Below, piece by piece: positions 1-14,412 of a stretch of DNA of 64,000 bases (position 1 is its first letter; each line of letters opens with the position of its first letter). The stretch comes from Epiperipatus broadwayi (Eukaryota > Animalia > Onychophora). Position numbers and translations under genes: made by a program. The DNA lies in assembly GCA_028023455.1 (NCBI GenBank), contig JAQFVV010000003.1, positions 7,006,001 through 7,070,000 on the forward strand. Direction: 5' to 3'. The notes beneath the pieces are model-generated. The model saw only the letters and a list, made by a program, of their open reading frames with translations, was not told the DNA's origin and searched no databases.

Positions 1-303
1 CAAAAAAATCACCTTTACAGTTGCGCCGCTTACACCGTTTTCTAATTCTACTATCACGCTCCCTTCCGCTTCTTTTTACTAACTATCACTTCTGTCCTCA
101 TACACGACTCTGGCCACCGCTTGACTCACGTCGATTCTGCCATCCCAAAACATCTAGTTTTGCTCCATGTTGACGCGCCATTCTACCTAACCCGCCCTCA
201 ACTCTCTCTATATATATTTTTAGTCTTTTTCTTTTAATAATAATATATAAAGTACGTCGTCCCGTAAATTTGTATAAAACATCATTTATATAAAGTAATA
301 ACA
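1..303. mobile_element. Probable end of an LTR-like element, truncated by the window edge
   Basis: CpG-retaining sequence unlike the AT-rich background. Ends ...GTAATAACA (CA at 302-303), one base before the TG of the next element. No coding evidence. Confidence 0.3.
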
Positions 304-304
304 A

Positions 305-2086
305 TGTCCCAAATTTTATTATAACGACTCGATCAGAATTCTATACCACTCTCTTACACAGAATCCTATCACAGGGTGGTTAGTGCTACGGGTGGAGTAA
401 TCAATATCATTGGAAAACTTTTGCCAATAACATTTATACTCGTTTACTAGAACACGTATTAGCCAATCAAACTTTTATTTATTTAAAGGAAGAAATCCTA
501 TGGGCGCCAGCCGAGCTTGTCGACAAGTCTGCTTGACCAATACGGTCTAGTACCCGCTCCCGCTAGCTCAGCTAAAATAATCAATCAAATATACTCCGCC
601 TACTTAAAAAATCACTTTTTAAAAATCTTTTCTACGCTAACTTTCTCGCTTTCTCTTTTCTTTATTTTAATTATTTAAGTTAAATCTAATTTGAGTAATA
701 ACTAAACAATGAAATATTCATTTACGCTATTATACTTCGTTTTGTCTTATAACACAATTATCTACACTTTCGATCAAGTTGAAATAAAATTTAATGCACT
801 CAAAGTTCCATATTATAAATACAAATTAATCATACGCATACGCTTACATTTGAAGTAACAATAAAATCTCATATAAATACATTTAGAAATAATCATACGC
901 ATACACTGATATTTAAACTCACACTAAAATACATTTGATAAAATAATTATACGCATTTATTTATATTGGCAATCACACTGAAATCTCTGGGTATTGGAGC
1001 TAACGACAATTAGTAGTTCATAAGATAAAGTTCAGAGTTTATTATTACGGCTTTAATTAGTGAGTTAGAAATTGAAACAAATATTACCTAGCTTTCTCCC
1101 CTCTGCACGGTTTTTTGAGCGTTGCTTCAATAGTGTTTCCTTCGGTCAGTTAGCGCTAACTGCTTGCAATCCGTTCCCGATGTCTTTGGGATCATGTGGG
1201 CTCCACGTGGACACTCCGTCTCCTTCTTGTTTATGCGACCATGATCGAATCTGGAACTGTCCGCTGATGTTATTGCCTGGAAGGATTCGGCCGGTTGTTC
1301 ACACGATGGTTTTAGCAATGCAGCATAGTATAATTAATGAACGACAATTGCTTAATAATTGCTTAGGAATAATAATACAAGCATTGATTAATAGAATAGA
1401 AAATTTGCCCCTTTTATATTTACAGTTCTTATCTCGCGGATTCAATCTACAATACGTAACTAATCCTCTGGTGTTTCAGTTATGGTCCGTGCTGATTTTC
1501 TGGTGTTCGCATTGGTTATTTAATTTCTTTGTATTCCCTGCTAGAGTTATTTCACTTTCTTTGTTATAGTCATTTCAATTCCTTTGTTAAAGTTTTTCCA
1601 ATTTCTTTGTTAAAGTTATTTGCACTAATTAGCCGTTTGCTGGAAATTTCTTAGGTTTGTCATTAGCTCCCATTGTTTATTACATTCATTCAATTACACA
1701 TATAATTTTTCTTTTTATTATGATTATAAGACAAAACGAATTCCACCTTGCTTTTTCTTTTTTTTTTTTTTTTTTTCTTAAAGCAATTTTAAATCGAATT
1801 TCAGTTTAGTCAAATCAAATTTCTAATCAAATCAAACCTAATTATATCAATTCTTAATTTTTTTTAGCTTTTATTTAATACGACTCAAAATTATATTTTA
1901 GAAAACTATTTATTTTATGCTTTTAACGCTCACCTGTCTATGAGAAAAAAATCTTTATTTTATTTTACCTTACACGAACTTTTAATTTTATTAATATTTA
2001 CACAAATCGCTTATTAATTAATATTATTTTTTAAATTATATGTACCGCCAACGCACACACACTCCTTCCTAATATATCTCGGTACA
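305..2086 (-). mobile_element. LTR-like element (~1.78 kb, Gypsy-type ends)
   Basis: Termini TGTCCC...GGTACA, followed by ATAT/(TA)n. CpG-rich. Minus-strand TATAAAAG at 1411-1418. Internal ~60 bp tandem repeats at ~820-980. Same length and layout as the 49365-51139 element. The left TSD is not visible. Confidence 0.6.
501..509 (-). promoter_or_regulatory. tRNA-Lys primer-binding-site-like motif TGGCGCCCA
   Basis: 9 nt complementary to the 3' end (...UGGGCGCCA) of metazoan tRNA-Lys(CUU), recalled from memory. A second match, to tRNA nt 2-16, lies at 559-572. Confidence 0.55.
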
Positions 2087-5000
2087 ATATATATATGTAA
2101 ACTTATAGTTAAATATATGAAAAAATTCCACATCTAAATACTACGAAACAATATCAAATATCTCAATCTGATTATTGTTAAGGCAACCTTCTTTTGTGAT
2201 AAAAGTGAATACCCATCTTTATCTGTGGGCAAGGATGTTTATATAGACACTAAAAATTAACACTTAATTGAAAGACCTCATTAAACAGGCGAATATATAT
2301 ATATATTTTGAAAGCAGACTAACAAATAGTCACTTCTAATTTTCAAACTACATTGAAACTATGTATTACTTAGATTAAAAAAAACTAATGAAGCTCAAGA
2401 CTAGATTAGTTTATATATATTGTGTCATATTGGTCTAGATTTAAACCCAGAATCATTATGTTCCTAAAAAAAATTGTTGGATTACTTTATTTTATTTTTT
2501 CAATTGTTTTAAAAAAGGATTTCATAATATAAGACAACATTCATAAACTTTTAATTTTCTTAACCAACAGTATAACAAATTGTATATTGTAATAAAATAA
2601 ATATTTTATTATTATAAAGATTTACAAATATTAATAAATTTGTTTATGATAGTATTTTTTTTATTTACTGCATACATTTAACAAATAATACATGAAAATA
2701 AATAAACAGTCATTTATTACTTAATGTGTGTATAAATGTATATATATACAATTAAAATAATATTAAATCATATGTATTTTAAATTATTATTTTTAGATAT
2801 AATTATTTCAATAAGTATGTAAAAAATATAGGATATTTTACATTAGGTAAATAAATATACAAGTTATGTTGATATTTTATTTAAATTATAATTTTAAAAT
2901 GTATTTTAATTTGCAGATTTACTTTTTTTTAATGTTTATTTACTATAAGAAAATATTTTTATTTCACGAACATTGATGTATTTTAAAAAACTTTTTACTG
3001 AATGAAATTAAGCTTGTCATAACTGAGACCAAAGCAATGGGTTAAATTTGAGTGAAACCATAAGAACAATATCTAATATAGTAACTTAAATGTGTCATTA
3101 TCATAATAAAAGTATATAAGCCATTGATCTTAGATTGATTATGCTCTTAATCTGCATCTCAATAAGTAAAGTCAATGTGTTATATATAGTATTAATAATT
3201 GGATTTTACTATAAAAATAAACAGCTAGGCAAAGTAAAATGTTTGCTCCAAAAGAATTCTGTCTTTAGGGAAGTCTTCTAACATCTTATAATAAATCATC
3301 TCATCACATAATGCATTTACAGTGCCAAAATAATATATTAATTCTCAGAATGACCTAGTGTTGCACTGTAGAATATTAAAAAAGTAATTTAAATATAATA
3401 TGGAATTCATTTGACATGATAATATTTATTATGGAATATCTAATAAGGATTAACTAATGTGAATATTAATATAAAAATTAAAAATATTTAAGTTTCTATA
3501 TTTTACTATAAAATATTTTATTTAAAATGTATATTTTATTCAAGTAGATAAAAATTTCATTTTAAGTGCTATAATGGGGATATAATTGTATGTAAAATAC
3601 CATGTTTGTTTAATACATCGATAGCATCATAGGATATTAATAAGACCTCTAAAGATTTATGAACTTTAATTTGATCATGTTTCTGCAAATATTGTTGTGT
3701 TGATATGTATTAATAAATATGCTTTTTAATGGAGTTTTAGTTAAGAAACATATCGGACAATTATCGGACAAAATTGAACAGGTCATATATTTTTATTATT
3801 TATTTATTTACTTACCTTAGAATGCATGTGCTTATGTATATTACCTAAATATGTAAACTAATCAAAAGAAAATTTATATTATCTTAAAAACAAAGCTTAA
3901 ATATACTTATCTAATATTAATTCTGTTTGTTTTTATTTGAAATCTTATAGTATATTTGATTGATTCTATTATATATGTGAAGAGAAATAGATCTTTAACA
4001 TAAAAATTTATGAATTATTTTCATGATAGTATATATTTTAATATGCTTTGAATGTATGATAATTCCTGTATTTAAATTAATAGTTTCATTTTTATGATTG
4101 TAAGAAAATGAAAAACAAATTAAATATATTTAGTTAAAAATTTTATGTATAATGTTTAGTATTTATTTATAAGTATTTATGTAAAGATAATATTTTCTTT
4201 CTGGTTTATTATGTATCATTCACATCTGTTAGATACATGGATAAGAAATTTATAGAACATATTCAGCAAATAAATGTAGCCTAATAAAGATCATTTCATT
4301 CACTTATTAACTTATATATTTTTATTTATTTATTATGTTTATTATATTAGTACTTTTTTTGCTTTATCAATTAAAATTTGATTTTGTAATTATTTATAGT
4401 CTAGTTTGTACCTTATATTTTAATATTAACTTCAAGACTCTCTACATAATTTATTTGCATATTAAATATTAATTAGCCAAAAATTTTGAATAAACACCTA
4501 CATATTTTAATAATTTATTGTATTATTTTATCATTTCATCAATTACATTTTATTGATAACATTGAATAAATAATTAATAAATGTTAAACTAATATGTTGT
4601 TAAATACCAATTGGTTGGTTTAATATATTTTAGTTTAAACCAATACAAATTAGTGCTCAACATTATTTAAACTTTTATAATCTATATTTATTTAATCCTT
4701 AGTTTATAGATACTTCATATTAATAGAATTTGCTATTTCAACTGGGTTTTAAAACATTAGTTATTTAATTTTATGTATCTTTATACTATAATAAAATTTG
4801 GTATCTGAAAGTATTAAAACCATTTATTCATTAATAGATAATCATTTTAATATCTTTATACTTGTTACAGACATTGACACCTTAAAATGTGATTAGAATT
4901 GAATCAGTTACCCAAGATAATAATAGTTTATTGATTACATTACAAAATTGGCATCCAAACATGATGGGTTATTATTATTTACATATTGGTTATATTTTAA

Positions 5001-5920
5001 TTAATACTGTTACAAAAATTGACTTTTCCAATTCATGGGACATGATAATTCAAAATACTAATTTATATCATTACAGAAATTGTTATCCAACATTATAACC
5101 ATTCGGTTAGCTACTCATTCACTTATTCATTTATGATGATTTATAGTGTTATGGTATATATATATATAGCTGAAATTTTCCCTTTGTACTTTTAATATTT
5201 ACAACTGTAAATGGCATGAAAATCTTTTAATTAATATATATATATATATATAAAGTAAATGTGACATGTGCAATCTAACATTCCTTAATGATAAAAACCA
5301 ATAATTAGAAAGCAGTCATTGGATTTGATTGGCCCTAACATGTGGTGTTTCTTGATTAATCATGCTTTAGAGAAGAAAGTTTCATCTTTCTTTGTTCTCT
5401 TACCTACCCCCATATCCTAGTTTAAACCCTAGTAGTATTGCAAAGTGTGTGTCATGTTATTATCAGGCAAAATCTACGCATGTGCAATGCATTTATCACA
5501 TATATACGGTTATTATAGATAGTTGAGTTAATAATATAATGGAATTATAAATTGATTAATGTAATTTATAATTTGAATGTGTGTTCATATGTGGGTATAT
5601 ATATAAACACATAGTATGCTGAGACTACACATATATTTCAATATTATCTTTAGGGCTTATATTTAATATTGTTTTGCTCTCTTATTTTAAATATTTAAAA
5701 GATCACGCCATGAACTTTGTTTATTAGAAAGTTAAATAAGGGTTGTGAGGCTGAACAATAGTATTTCACTAATGCAACCCCATAAGAATATATTAATTGC
5801 TTAATTAATTAACTAATAAAAATGATAACATTTGGCAAGTTGCAAATCTCATCAACAAGGAAATAGACCGTCTTAAAGTATTTGCTTTAAAAAAAAATTT
5901 AAATCTTTTTTTTTTCTCAT

Positions 5921-6008
5921 GTGTCATAGCATCAGCCGGGAAGCAAACATGCTAATCCGGGACAACTGCTTGTAAAGCAACTTTCGCTGACCTTTCGACC
6001 ACCAATGC
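5921..6008 (-). mobile_element. Decayed copy of the short tRNA-Gly-derived SINE
   Basis: Aligns by eye to 22749-22838 (GCATTGGTGGTCGA...CCCGGCYGATGCTATGACAC) with most CpGs decayed. A-rich tail on the minus strand. Confidence 0.75.
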
Positions 6009-6733
6009 TTGACTAAAATCTTATTTTGTAAAACTGTAATAAAAGAATTAATGTAATAAAAGTAAATGTATTTGCAGCACCCTGCTGCAAACTTTTAGAT
6101 AGTAAAATTGATAATACACGCATATTATTTCACCGCAAGGTAAGCCAATAGAAAATATTAATGCCATACTTGACCAATATATAGAGTAGGATTTTGTAAT
6201 ATAATATAGTTGTCTCATTTGAAACTTAAATGTCAGAATAGAGGAAGGCAGGGACTGTTTTCCTACTTGGAGAATGGCCATCCTATATCCCAATACTACC
6301 TGCATGCCTCCAACTATAAGAAGAAAATTCTCATGACCTGTCACTGCCACCAGTGAGACTAGAAATGCTATTTCTAATGCCATCAAGAGGGATCTCACTG
6401 CTGGAATCAATATAATGATGCACTTATAATTAAAATGTAATATACTCCTACAATTGTATCTAAATTATATAATTTCAACCTATGTAACTTGGCTAATCTA
6501 TTCTTTAAATTATACTTTAATGTTAGGGTAAACGCTCTTGAATTTTATTAAATTATTTTCTTTATGATATTTTGTTATGATAATATGCCTGGATAACCTC
6601 CGACTGAGTGAATGAATCCCATTTTCCTTATAATAAACATGCCGCTACATTTCCATATGGGTTAGTTGTATAAATGGCAAATATTTTGTATCGAATCCTT
6701 TTTTCTACCTATTAGCTCAGATGTTATCTTTCA

Positions 6734-6735
<2 letters not shown>

Positions 6736-6783
<48 letters not shown>
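6736..6783. repeat. (TA)n microsatellite
   Basis: Directly visible. Confidence 0.95.
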
Positions 6784-6787
<4 letters not shown>

Positions 6788-8689
6788 CTATGGATTCAGT
6801 GAATCATATTGTGTTTTGTATAGTAGTTAATTCACCCATAGTAATCTATTCATGCTATCTCATATATTATTTTATTATTTGTTTATTTTAAGTTGAAATG
6901 TAATGTGGGTGTATGTGCAAAGTTATAACTATAGGGATATTTTCAACATGCATGATTAAACTTAGGTTTCTAAGAATCCCCTCGTCATGCATTCTTAACC
7001 CATTTAGTTATTATTACAACAATATTGAATGTGGTTAACTGTCTTGGAGTCATCTGATCTACCTTAATCTTTAAGCTGATAATTATGCAAATTTATTTGA
7101 AATCAAAATTTTAAGACTTAGGAATGTATTAAGTATAGCAGCACAATAACATGCTAAACTTTGAAAGTAATCTATTGTTAATTATTATTGTTATTGTATT
7201 TATTCACGTGTTGCTGGTGCAGATATATAAATCTATGCTTTTATAGTATTCTTTGTCAATCTTCTCCATGGGATACATACTGCTAAGACTATCCCAAATC
7301 TTTAAGGTTCATGCATCAGTGAACATGGAAGTCACACCTAGGAACCTAGCTGTTTGATCATGTATTCATGGATTTTACTGGGATGAGGGTCCAGTCCAGT
7401 GACCCTGCTTATTTGTGATGAACCCTTCACAGACATCTGGCATTCCACCGATCTAAATTATACATAGACAAAGCCCAGCAGTTTTGATACACCATCCTCC
7501 TGTATAGGTTTGCACACATAATCTCCATCAGCATCACCAATCACTAGTTAAACCCTATATATCTATATTTATCTAAAGCATTTAAGCTATCACATTACTT
7601 AATTCCTTCATATTCTTTCATAGATCAATCTCACATAGTTATGAATAATGAGACTCCTAATATTCTTGTGATTCTAAGTCCATGTGCACCTCTTGATTAG
7701 CTTAATAAATCTCATTAATAACATAAGTTACTTATCGCTATATATAATTATGTCTGTGATTATAATGCTTTAATATATTGCACACACTCACATCCCTTAA
7801 CCTGATTGGGTAACATTTCAAAAAGGCATATTGGTCTATGATTTTACCCTATATTAACCCAACAAAAGTATAGAACCTCAAATAATTAAATATTTCACCA
7901 TAATGAAATAATATGTATTATCTTTCATATATATATTCTGTAACATTAAGCACTACATTATTATCTGTATAATTGTATAATGAGTGAAGCCAATATATAT
8001 TCAGTTTGACAATTATTAATTTTTTTTTTTTTTAAATTATATCTGTTGTTGCCTTTCCATATGATCCATACTACATTATCTCACATTATTCATGCATTTC
8101 TAGAATTTATTAAAGATCTTAGCATTACTCTTTCATACACCACCCATAGATATGTATTGATAGTATGTTAGTGAACTTAGGGCAGGGCTTATTACTATTA
8201 AGGGTCTCATGCATCTTTCTGACCTCTGGCACTAGAAAGAAGATGTACTATTAGTAGCACCAGGAGCATTGTTCATGCAGTGGAGATTGTGGTAGCATGG
8301 GAAAATAGGTCAAGACTTAGTATTCTTTGGGATAGCTTCCCACCCAGATATGCTGAGCTTTCTGTATTCTGCTTGGACCCTGCATCTTGTTAACAGAATG
8401 AACCAGACCATTACATTAGACTATTTCATATGCATTATTATTATATATGAATCATTATTGTTATTAAAAATACAATTTTGGTTCTTTATTTTCAATTCAA
8501 TTTTACTTTTGTATATATAATCTATATTTTCATAGTCTGGGGGAGTTTAAATCCATGCCAGTAGAGATCCATACTGTAACATTTGTAAATGCAAATTCAA
8601 GTTTACTGATTAGTTAATTTGATCATAGAGAAGATAACATTCTAATATAAATGTTTCTTCTCTCTAGAGTTATAAGCAAATAGAAATAT

Positions 8690-9300
8690 GTAGCTTCCAA
8701 ACCGACAGATATGCTATCATCGAAACTTATAGAACAGACTTATTAAAGGCTAGATATAACAGAAAAAACATAGATAACATAATCAGAATGTTCAAATGCC
8801 AACCTAACCCAGTAAACATACAGAGTCTACCTCAAATCCTTCTCCCATATATAAGGAACATTTACAAGAATTTATACATAATCTTTTACAATAATTTCAG
8901 CTTATGCTATTGCACTCCCCCAATTTTAATAGACTTATCAACAATACTAAAGAACTGCTTCCTTCAATACACATACAGCAAGCAGTATATAACATAGCAT
9001 GTCCATACAACAATTGCCTCACATTATATTATGGAAACAAAGGCAGCATTACACATAAGGCTCTCACAGCACATATATGCTTATCAGAAAGCACAAACAG
9101 TCCCCATGCACACCTCCATCTTCACGCACTACAGTACTTCTGTGGGTCATCCCCGAATTCCAGACAGCCCTCCAGTCGTGTGCAGGGAGCACCATGACTT
9201 AAAGAGAAAGATCAAAGAAGCTTATTTTATTAATTTGGACTGTAATTCGATAAACAAAAGAGAAAAGTGTTACGCAATTTCCAAAAAATGGCAAATATAA
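8690..9300 (+). pseudogene. Penelope-like element, GIY-YIG endonuclease remnant
   Basis: Frameshifted AVYNIACPYNNC...YY(G)ETKAALHIRLSQH...H...GH...REHHDLKRKIKEAYFI, typical of a PLE C-terminal GIY-YIG endonuclease. Confidence 0.8.
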
Positions 9301-12300
9301 TTTGCATATACTTTGCATTTCTCATAGCAACAGTTTTACTCCGCAATTCATATCGCACATGGAGGTATTCCTTCGAAAATACTTAGAGAAATAAACTCAA
9401 GTAGCCAATTGCTTATTTATTTATTGTATTTATTTGTGTGAAAAATATATCGCAAATATCTTACTTATTACAAATATAGACACAAAGCGATTATTTAATA
9501 ATTAACTATTGTTACATATATATGTGCACATATCTTTTTGTCATAGCACATTTGATGTATCTATGCGAGACCTAATCGTAAATAATTATCATATCATCAT
9601 TGATAAAGTTACTTGTCATTTTTTAAATTTCTCATTTAATGTTACGTATTTGCAATGCAATGTGTAGCAAAATGAAGATTTTTATGAGACAAAGGTGTTC
9701 ACAGAGATTATAAAATTCTGCTTTATGTGTAGTTGACTAATATTTTCAACATAATACCTATGTTTTGATCATATTTCACTGAATATCACCTGGGATTATT
9801 CATACTCATTATACACTAGCTTTATTACTATATAATCTGGACCACTTCAGATGAGATCTAACTAAACTATCAATGATTATGATACCAAATAACAATTACA
9901 CAAAATTGCTAAAGCTGAATTCATTTATACACATATATGTATAATGATAAAATTAATTTTGCAGAAAATATATTAAAGGGTCTTAATTGGGTAGACCAGA
10001 CTTATAATGGTGAAAATTGTTTCAAACTTTAAAAAAAAGTTATATTATTAGAAAGAGAAAAAAATATTTTAATGCGTCATTTTCTTTGCTTTTATTATTT
10101 GAATTTATTTGTATCTATTAAAAGTTAGTTTATCTAAATTAGAAGATTAAGATTTCTAATTTAAATTATATTAAACCTGTATTGAATTCCAATTTGAATT
10201 TTTTCACATAACTGTAATCAATAGAAAGTAATGCATTAGTGAAAAAGGTCACCCTGCTCGGTCAACAATTACCTTAACTGACCACAGATGAATTTTGAAA
10301 TCAACAGGAAAAGTCTGATTACAAACTCAATAAAGCAAATCTTAGTTCAGCATTAAGCTGAAGAAATCACTTTTTCTGAAGAAGAAGCCAGAAAAGATAA
10401 ATCTATTCTGTGGTTAAAATCTAAGTACATATATTTATTTTAATTCTTAATAGCCAATAATAAATAAGAGTGATAAAATAATTGTAATTTTTAATATATG
10501 TGCTTTGATAACTTCACCAATACTTTTTAAAAACAAGGTGAAAACATGTCACCATTTTCTACCTCAACTAAACCTCAAATACTGAAACAGTGTTAATTTT
10601 ATCTAATTTTCTGCATGCACAGTGTGTGCACACAATTATATCAATGTGTGTTTAAAATGCATACTATATATATATTATATAGTATAGTAATATAGTATAG
10701 TTCACTAGAATCAAAGAATTTCAATATCTACATCCCATCTTGGAACCAAATGTTGTGGAACACAAAAAAATTTCTTATTAATTATCTTGATTCTTGTTTT
10801 GTCAATAAATGTAAATGCTTTAAACTGCTATTCTGCACAGGTAGTCCTCTACCTATATAAACCCAATGTACACAAATTTGGACTTAAGTAAACAATTCCC
10901 AGGCATATATAAAGTGCAAATAATTTGGAAAAATATTATTTTCAAATCAACACAACCTTCATTTCCTGTTTTCCTTACACTTTGTAAACATTTATTGTGA
11001 AATACTATAGTCCTTATTTTTATTTATTACAAAATATTTTTTTATATTTTACATCACAGTTAGTAGTAAGCATATTCTTAAAAGAAAAATCCAATTTATG
11101 TAAATTCATCATAAACAAAAGATCATAAAAGTCATAACTTACAACTGAGGGAATACTTACAACATAACTGTTTGATTGTAGCAGCATTCTATACAAGACT
11201 TTGTCATTTCTAAAAATCCAAAAAGAGTATTTCTGAGAGCATGAAAGTCAGCAGGTTTTTTTGCTTCCAGACAGAATAACCAAGGTTTGAATATGGATAA
11301 AACTTAAAATTGTTTCAAATAATTGAATATTTTCAATCAAGTTTTTGGCTATTGACCTTCCTATGAAAAAAATATAGTTTTTCATCACAGTCATCTATAT
11401 GAATTATGGATTCTATTCAAACTAATGCCTTATTTAACTGAAACAAACATGATTATCTAGCTATATAGAGACTTCACACTAGGTCAGACACTATATAGTT
11501 TAGTGTTCATTAAAAGCAAAAATGTGTTTGGCTTTGAGTGTTAGACATATAGATGGCACATGCATAAAACAAAGTAATTGATACTATTTACATTTAATTC
11601 ATGTCAAATTACTCTAATCATGAACTGTTCATATACCAATCAGGGACTGCCACTTACTTATTGTACATAAATGACTCATGAATAGAATACAGTGAAACAG
11701 ATGGTTGGAAACCCAATATAGATTAATGTAAGAGGGAGAAGTCCTGTGTTACCCATAAATATTATCTGGTTGCAGTTTTTAATATTTTACAGATTTGTGT
11801 AACAGTTACTTATCCTAAGTCAATGTGTAAATTTTATACATCCCTAACAAACAAAATATAACAAAAAAAAAAACATAATCAAAAATATAAGCTTTATTCA
11901 AATTATTTAAGTTACTTCCATATCACAAACAGATCTTTTTTTTTTTTTTTGCATTTTTTAAAATTGTGTTTATAATTAGCACTATAATTATTTCTTAGTC
12001 TGATGGTATATACATCATTAAATCTCATGAATCTAATGGAAGAACACACATGTGGAAAAATATCTCAACTCCTTGGGTCGGAAAATATAATATTATCAAA
12101 CAAAATATTACAGCTTACTGCAACATTTACATAAAGAACAGTAATCCATTCTATTTTGGAACCATCTACTGTACGTTTAACTGATCAATGGATATTAGAC
12201 AATAATGGTATATCTATGTTTCCAAACTAGTTTTTAATTATTGCTTTTATCATAGAATAAAATTTCACTTTTGGTTTAAAGTGATTCAGACAAATATTAT

Positions 12301-12859
12301 TACTGCATGATGTAATTTATTTCATTTCAGTTTGTAATGTTTGTATCTAATTTGTATTTTGCTAAAATTTAACTGTAGAATATGCGGAGATATCTTATTA
12401 AAATTATTATGTAATATTCAGATTTATTTACTAAGTGTAGAGATCTCATAATAGCTCAATGATGGCTCTGTCTTGTGTTTGTTTGTATCCTCACTACTCA
12501 ACAAGATATTGAGCTATTATAAGATCAGTATGATGCATATATTAAAGGTGGAAATCCTTTCATTAAAATTATTATGTGTGAATGTGTGTTCTCCATATGT
12601 AATACTACTACATTTAAGATATATATGTAATTATTCAGATCTCAGGTCTGTAATGGGAAGTTCTCATGTTAAAATATATCATATCATAGCTATTTATCAG
12701 TGTAAAAATGTGAGATCATCTTGTCTCACTATACATCTATTTCAAAACCAAAACTTCCTAAGTTCTTTCAAAAGTTCAAATATTTTCTATTAATATTTTA
12801 TTCATTTTTTTGTTATAGCTATATTTCTGTTTTGAGATGAAGAGCATTAAAAAATAGAA

Positions 12860-13070
12860 ATTTCTAACATCATCATCATTTTTATTTACTGTCAATCTAC
12901 TGTAGACTGAAGGTCTTTTCAAATTTAATCCAATTTCTCTGGGCCATAATTTCTCCATATCAATTTAGAAAACTTCCTTATCTTATCCATCCATCTTATT
13001 TGTTATTTTGTTCTTCATTTACAATATATCTAACATTAAAACTAAACAATATTTCATCTTCAGATTTAAA
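12860..13070 (-). mobile_element. Degraded 3' end of an RTE-like LINE
   Basis: Minus-strand broken frame (...KITN...DKEVF...LKRPSVYSRL) ending in (GAT)n, like the 41.4 kb fragment. Confidence 0.35.
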
Positions 13071-13821
13071 TTTCATTTTTATGCTTTATATGTTTCTGCC
13101 ATAGATACTCAATAAGAAATGTTACATTTAATTCAGGCTTGCACATACTTTCATCATTAAGATTACCCATTATCTATAAAGCAATTAATCTCAAATTGAT
13201 ACTATGCCACTATGTTTAAAAAAAATTTTAATGCAATACAAAAAATAAAAAATATCCAGAATTAATGTAGTCCACACATATAAGTACTAAGATTTCTTCC
13301 TAGAAGTATTACAGTTAGAGATGTTGCATTCAGTTAATACCACATGTCTAATAGAATCTTTTAATTATTGTAATTGCATTATTATGAAATAGATATATTT
13401 CTTTAATCTAAGTGCAAGTGTGTGTCAATTTAAAAAATATATTCTTATTGTCAATCAAAAATTTATAGGGAAGTCTCAATATATCATTTATCTAAGTACT
13501 ATTTTTTTATGTCTATGGTCTGCTCTTTTTGGTACCAGAATTAGCACCATAGAAATACTTATTTTTGTTCCATGGATCCATCTTGCTTAATTTGTCATTT
13601 TGTCACATCTATGATTAACATATCACAATTCTAAAGCAACATTTTTCCATATAGTACTTTTTTTAAATTTTAAATGAATAGAAACAAAAAACCCTAGTTT
13701 ATAAAAAGTTTGAGCAACAAGAGTTAAAGAACTAGGTGTAATTTGTGACATTAATCTCCAGGGTTTGCCACTTCATCACTGCATTAAATGTCATAGGTCA
13801 ATAAAAGTCAATACAAATATT

Positions 13822-13856
<35 letters not shown>

Positions 13857-13957
13857 TATTAATCAATGTCTGTATTCCAATTATAATAAAATATATATAA
13901 TTATTCAAAACAATACAATAATTAATACAGTAACAATATTTTAAACAAATATATACC

Positions 13958-14014
13958 AATTTAATAGAAGTACTTTCAACTATCTATGTAGTCGTTGTCA
14001 ACTAGACTCAAATT
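13958..14014 (-). ncRNA. Mirror copy of the family A hammerhead
   Basis: Exact reverse complement of 14941-14997. Confidence 0.7.
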
Positions 14015-14412
14015 GTATTAGAAAAAACCGTTACAAATGTAAACAAAAGCAATACGTCATACATCAATTTTCCCACAATTCATTAATTTTTATATTGGCT
14101 GTCTGTCTATTTATCAACTGTTGCTTTTCACTTTTTATTAACATAGCTTCTTTAATTTTGCGTTTATTATTATTTCTTTCAATACACAGAATTTTAACTT
14201 TATTAAAATCAAAATCAAAACCATAATTACATGTTACATTATGATCAAAAAATACTGATGGTGATACATCATCATTTCTAACATTCTCTTGTCTTGATTT
14301 TTGCACTCGTTTATATAATAACAAATGCTCCCTTGATCTTTTCTCCAATGTACATCGAGATTCCCCAATATATGCCTTTCCACAAAAACATAGCCATATA
14401 AATGGCTATGTA

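Noticed and set aside
1072-1569. 165 aa ORF
   Set aside because: No recognisable motif. It lies antisense within an LTR-like element, where higher GC makes long frames likelier.
9345-9395. HHR expected behind the 8.7-9.3 kb PLE remnant
   Set aside because: Only GGAGG-TATT-CCTTC GAAA ATACTT survives; the CUGANGA core and helix I are not recognisable.
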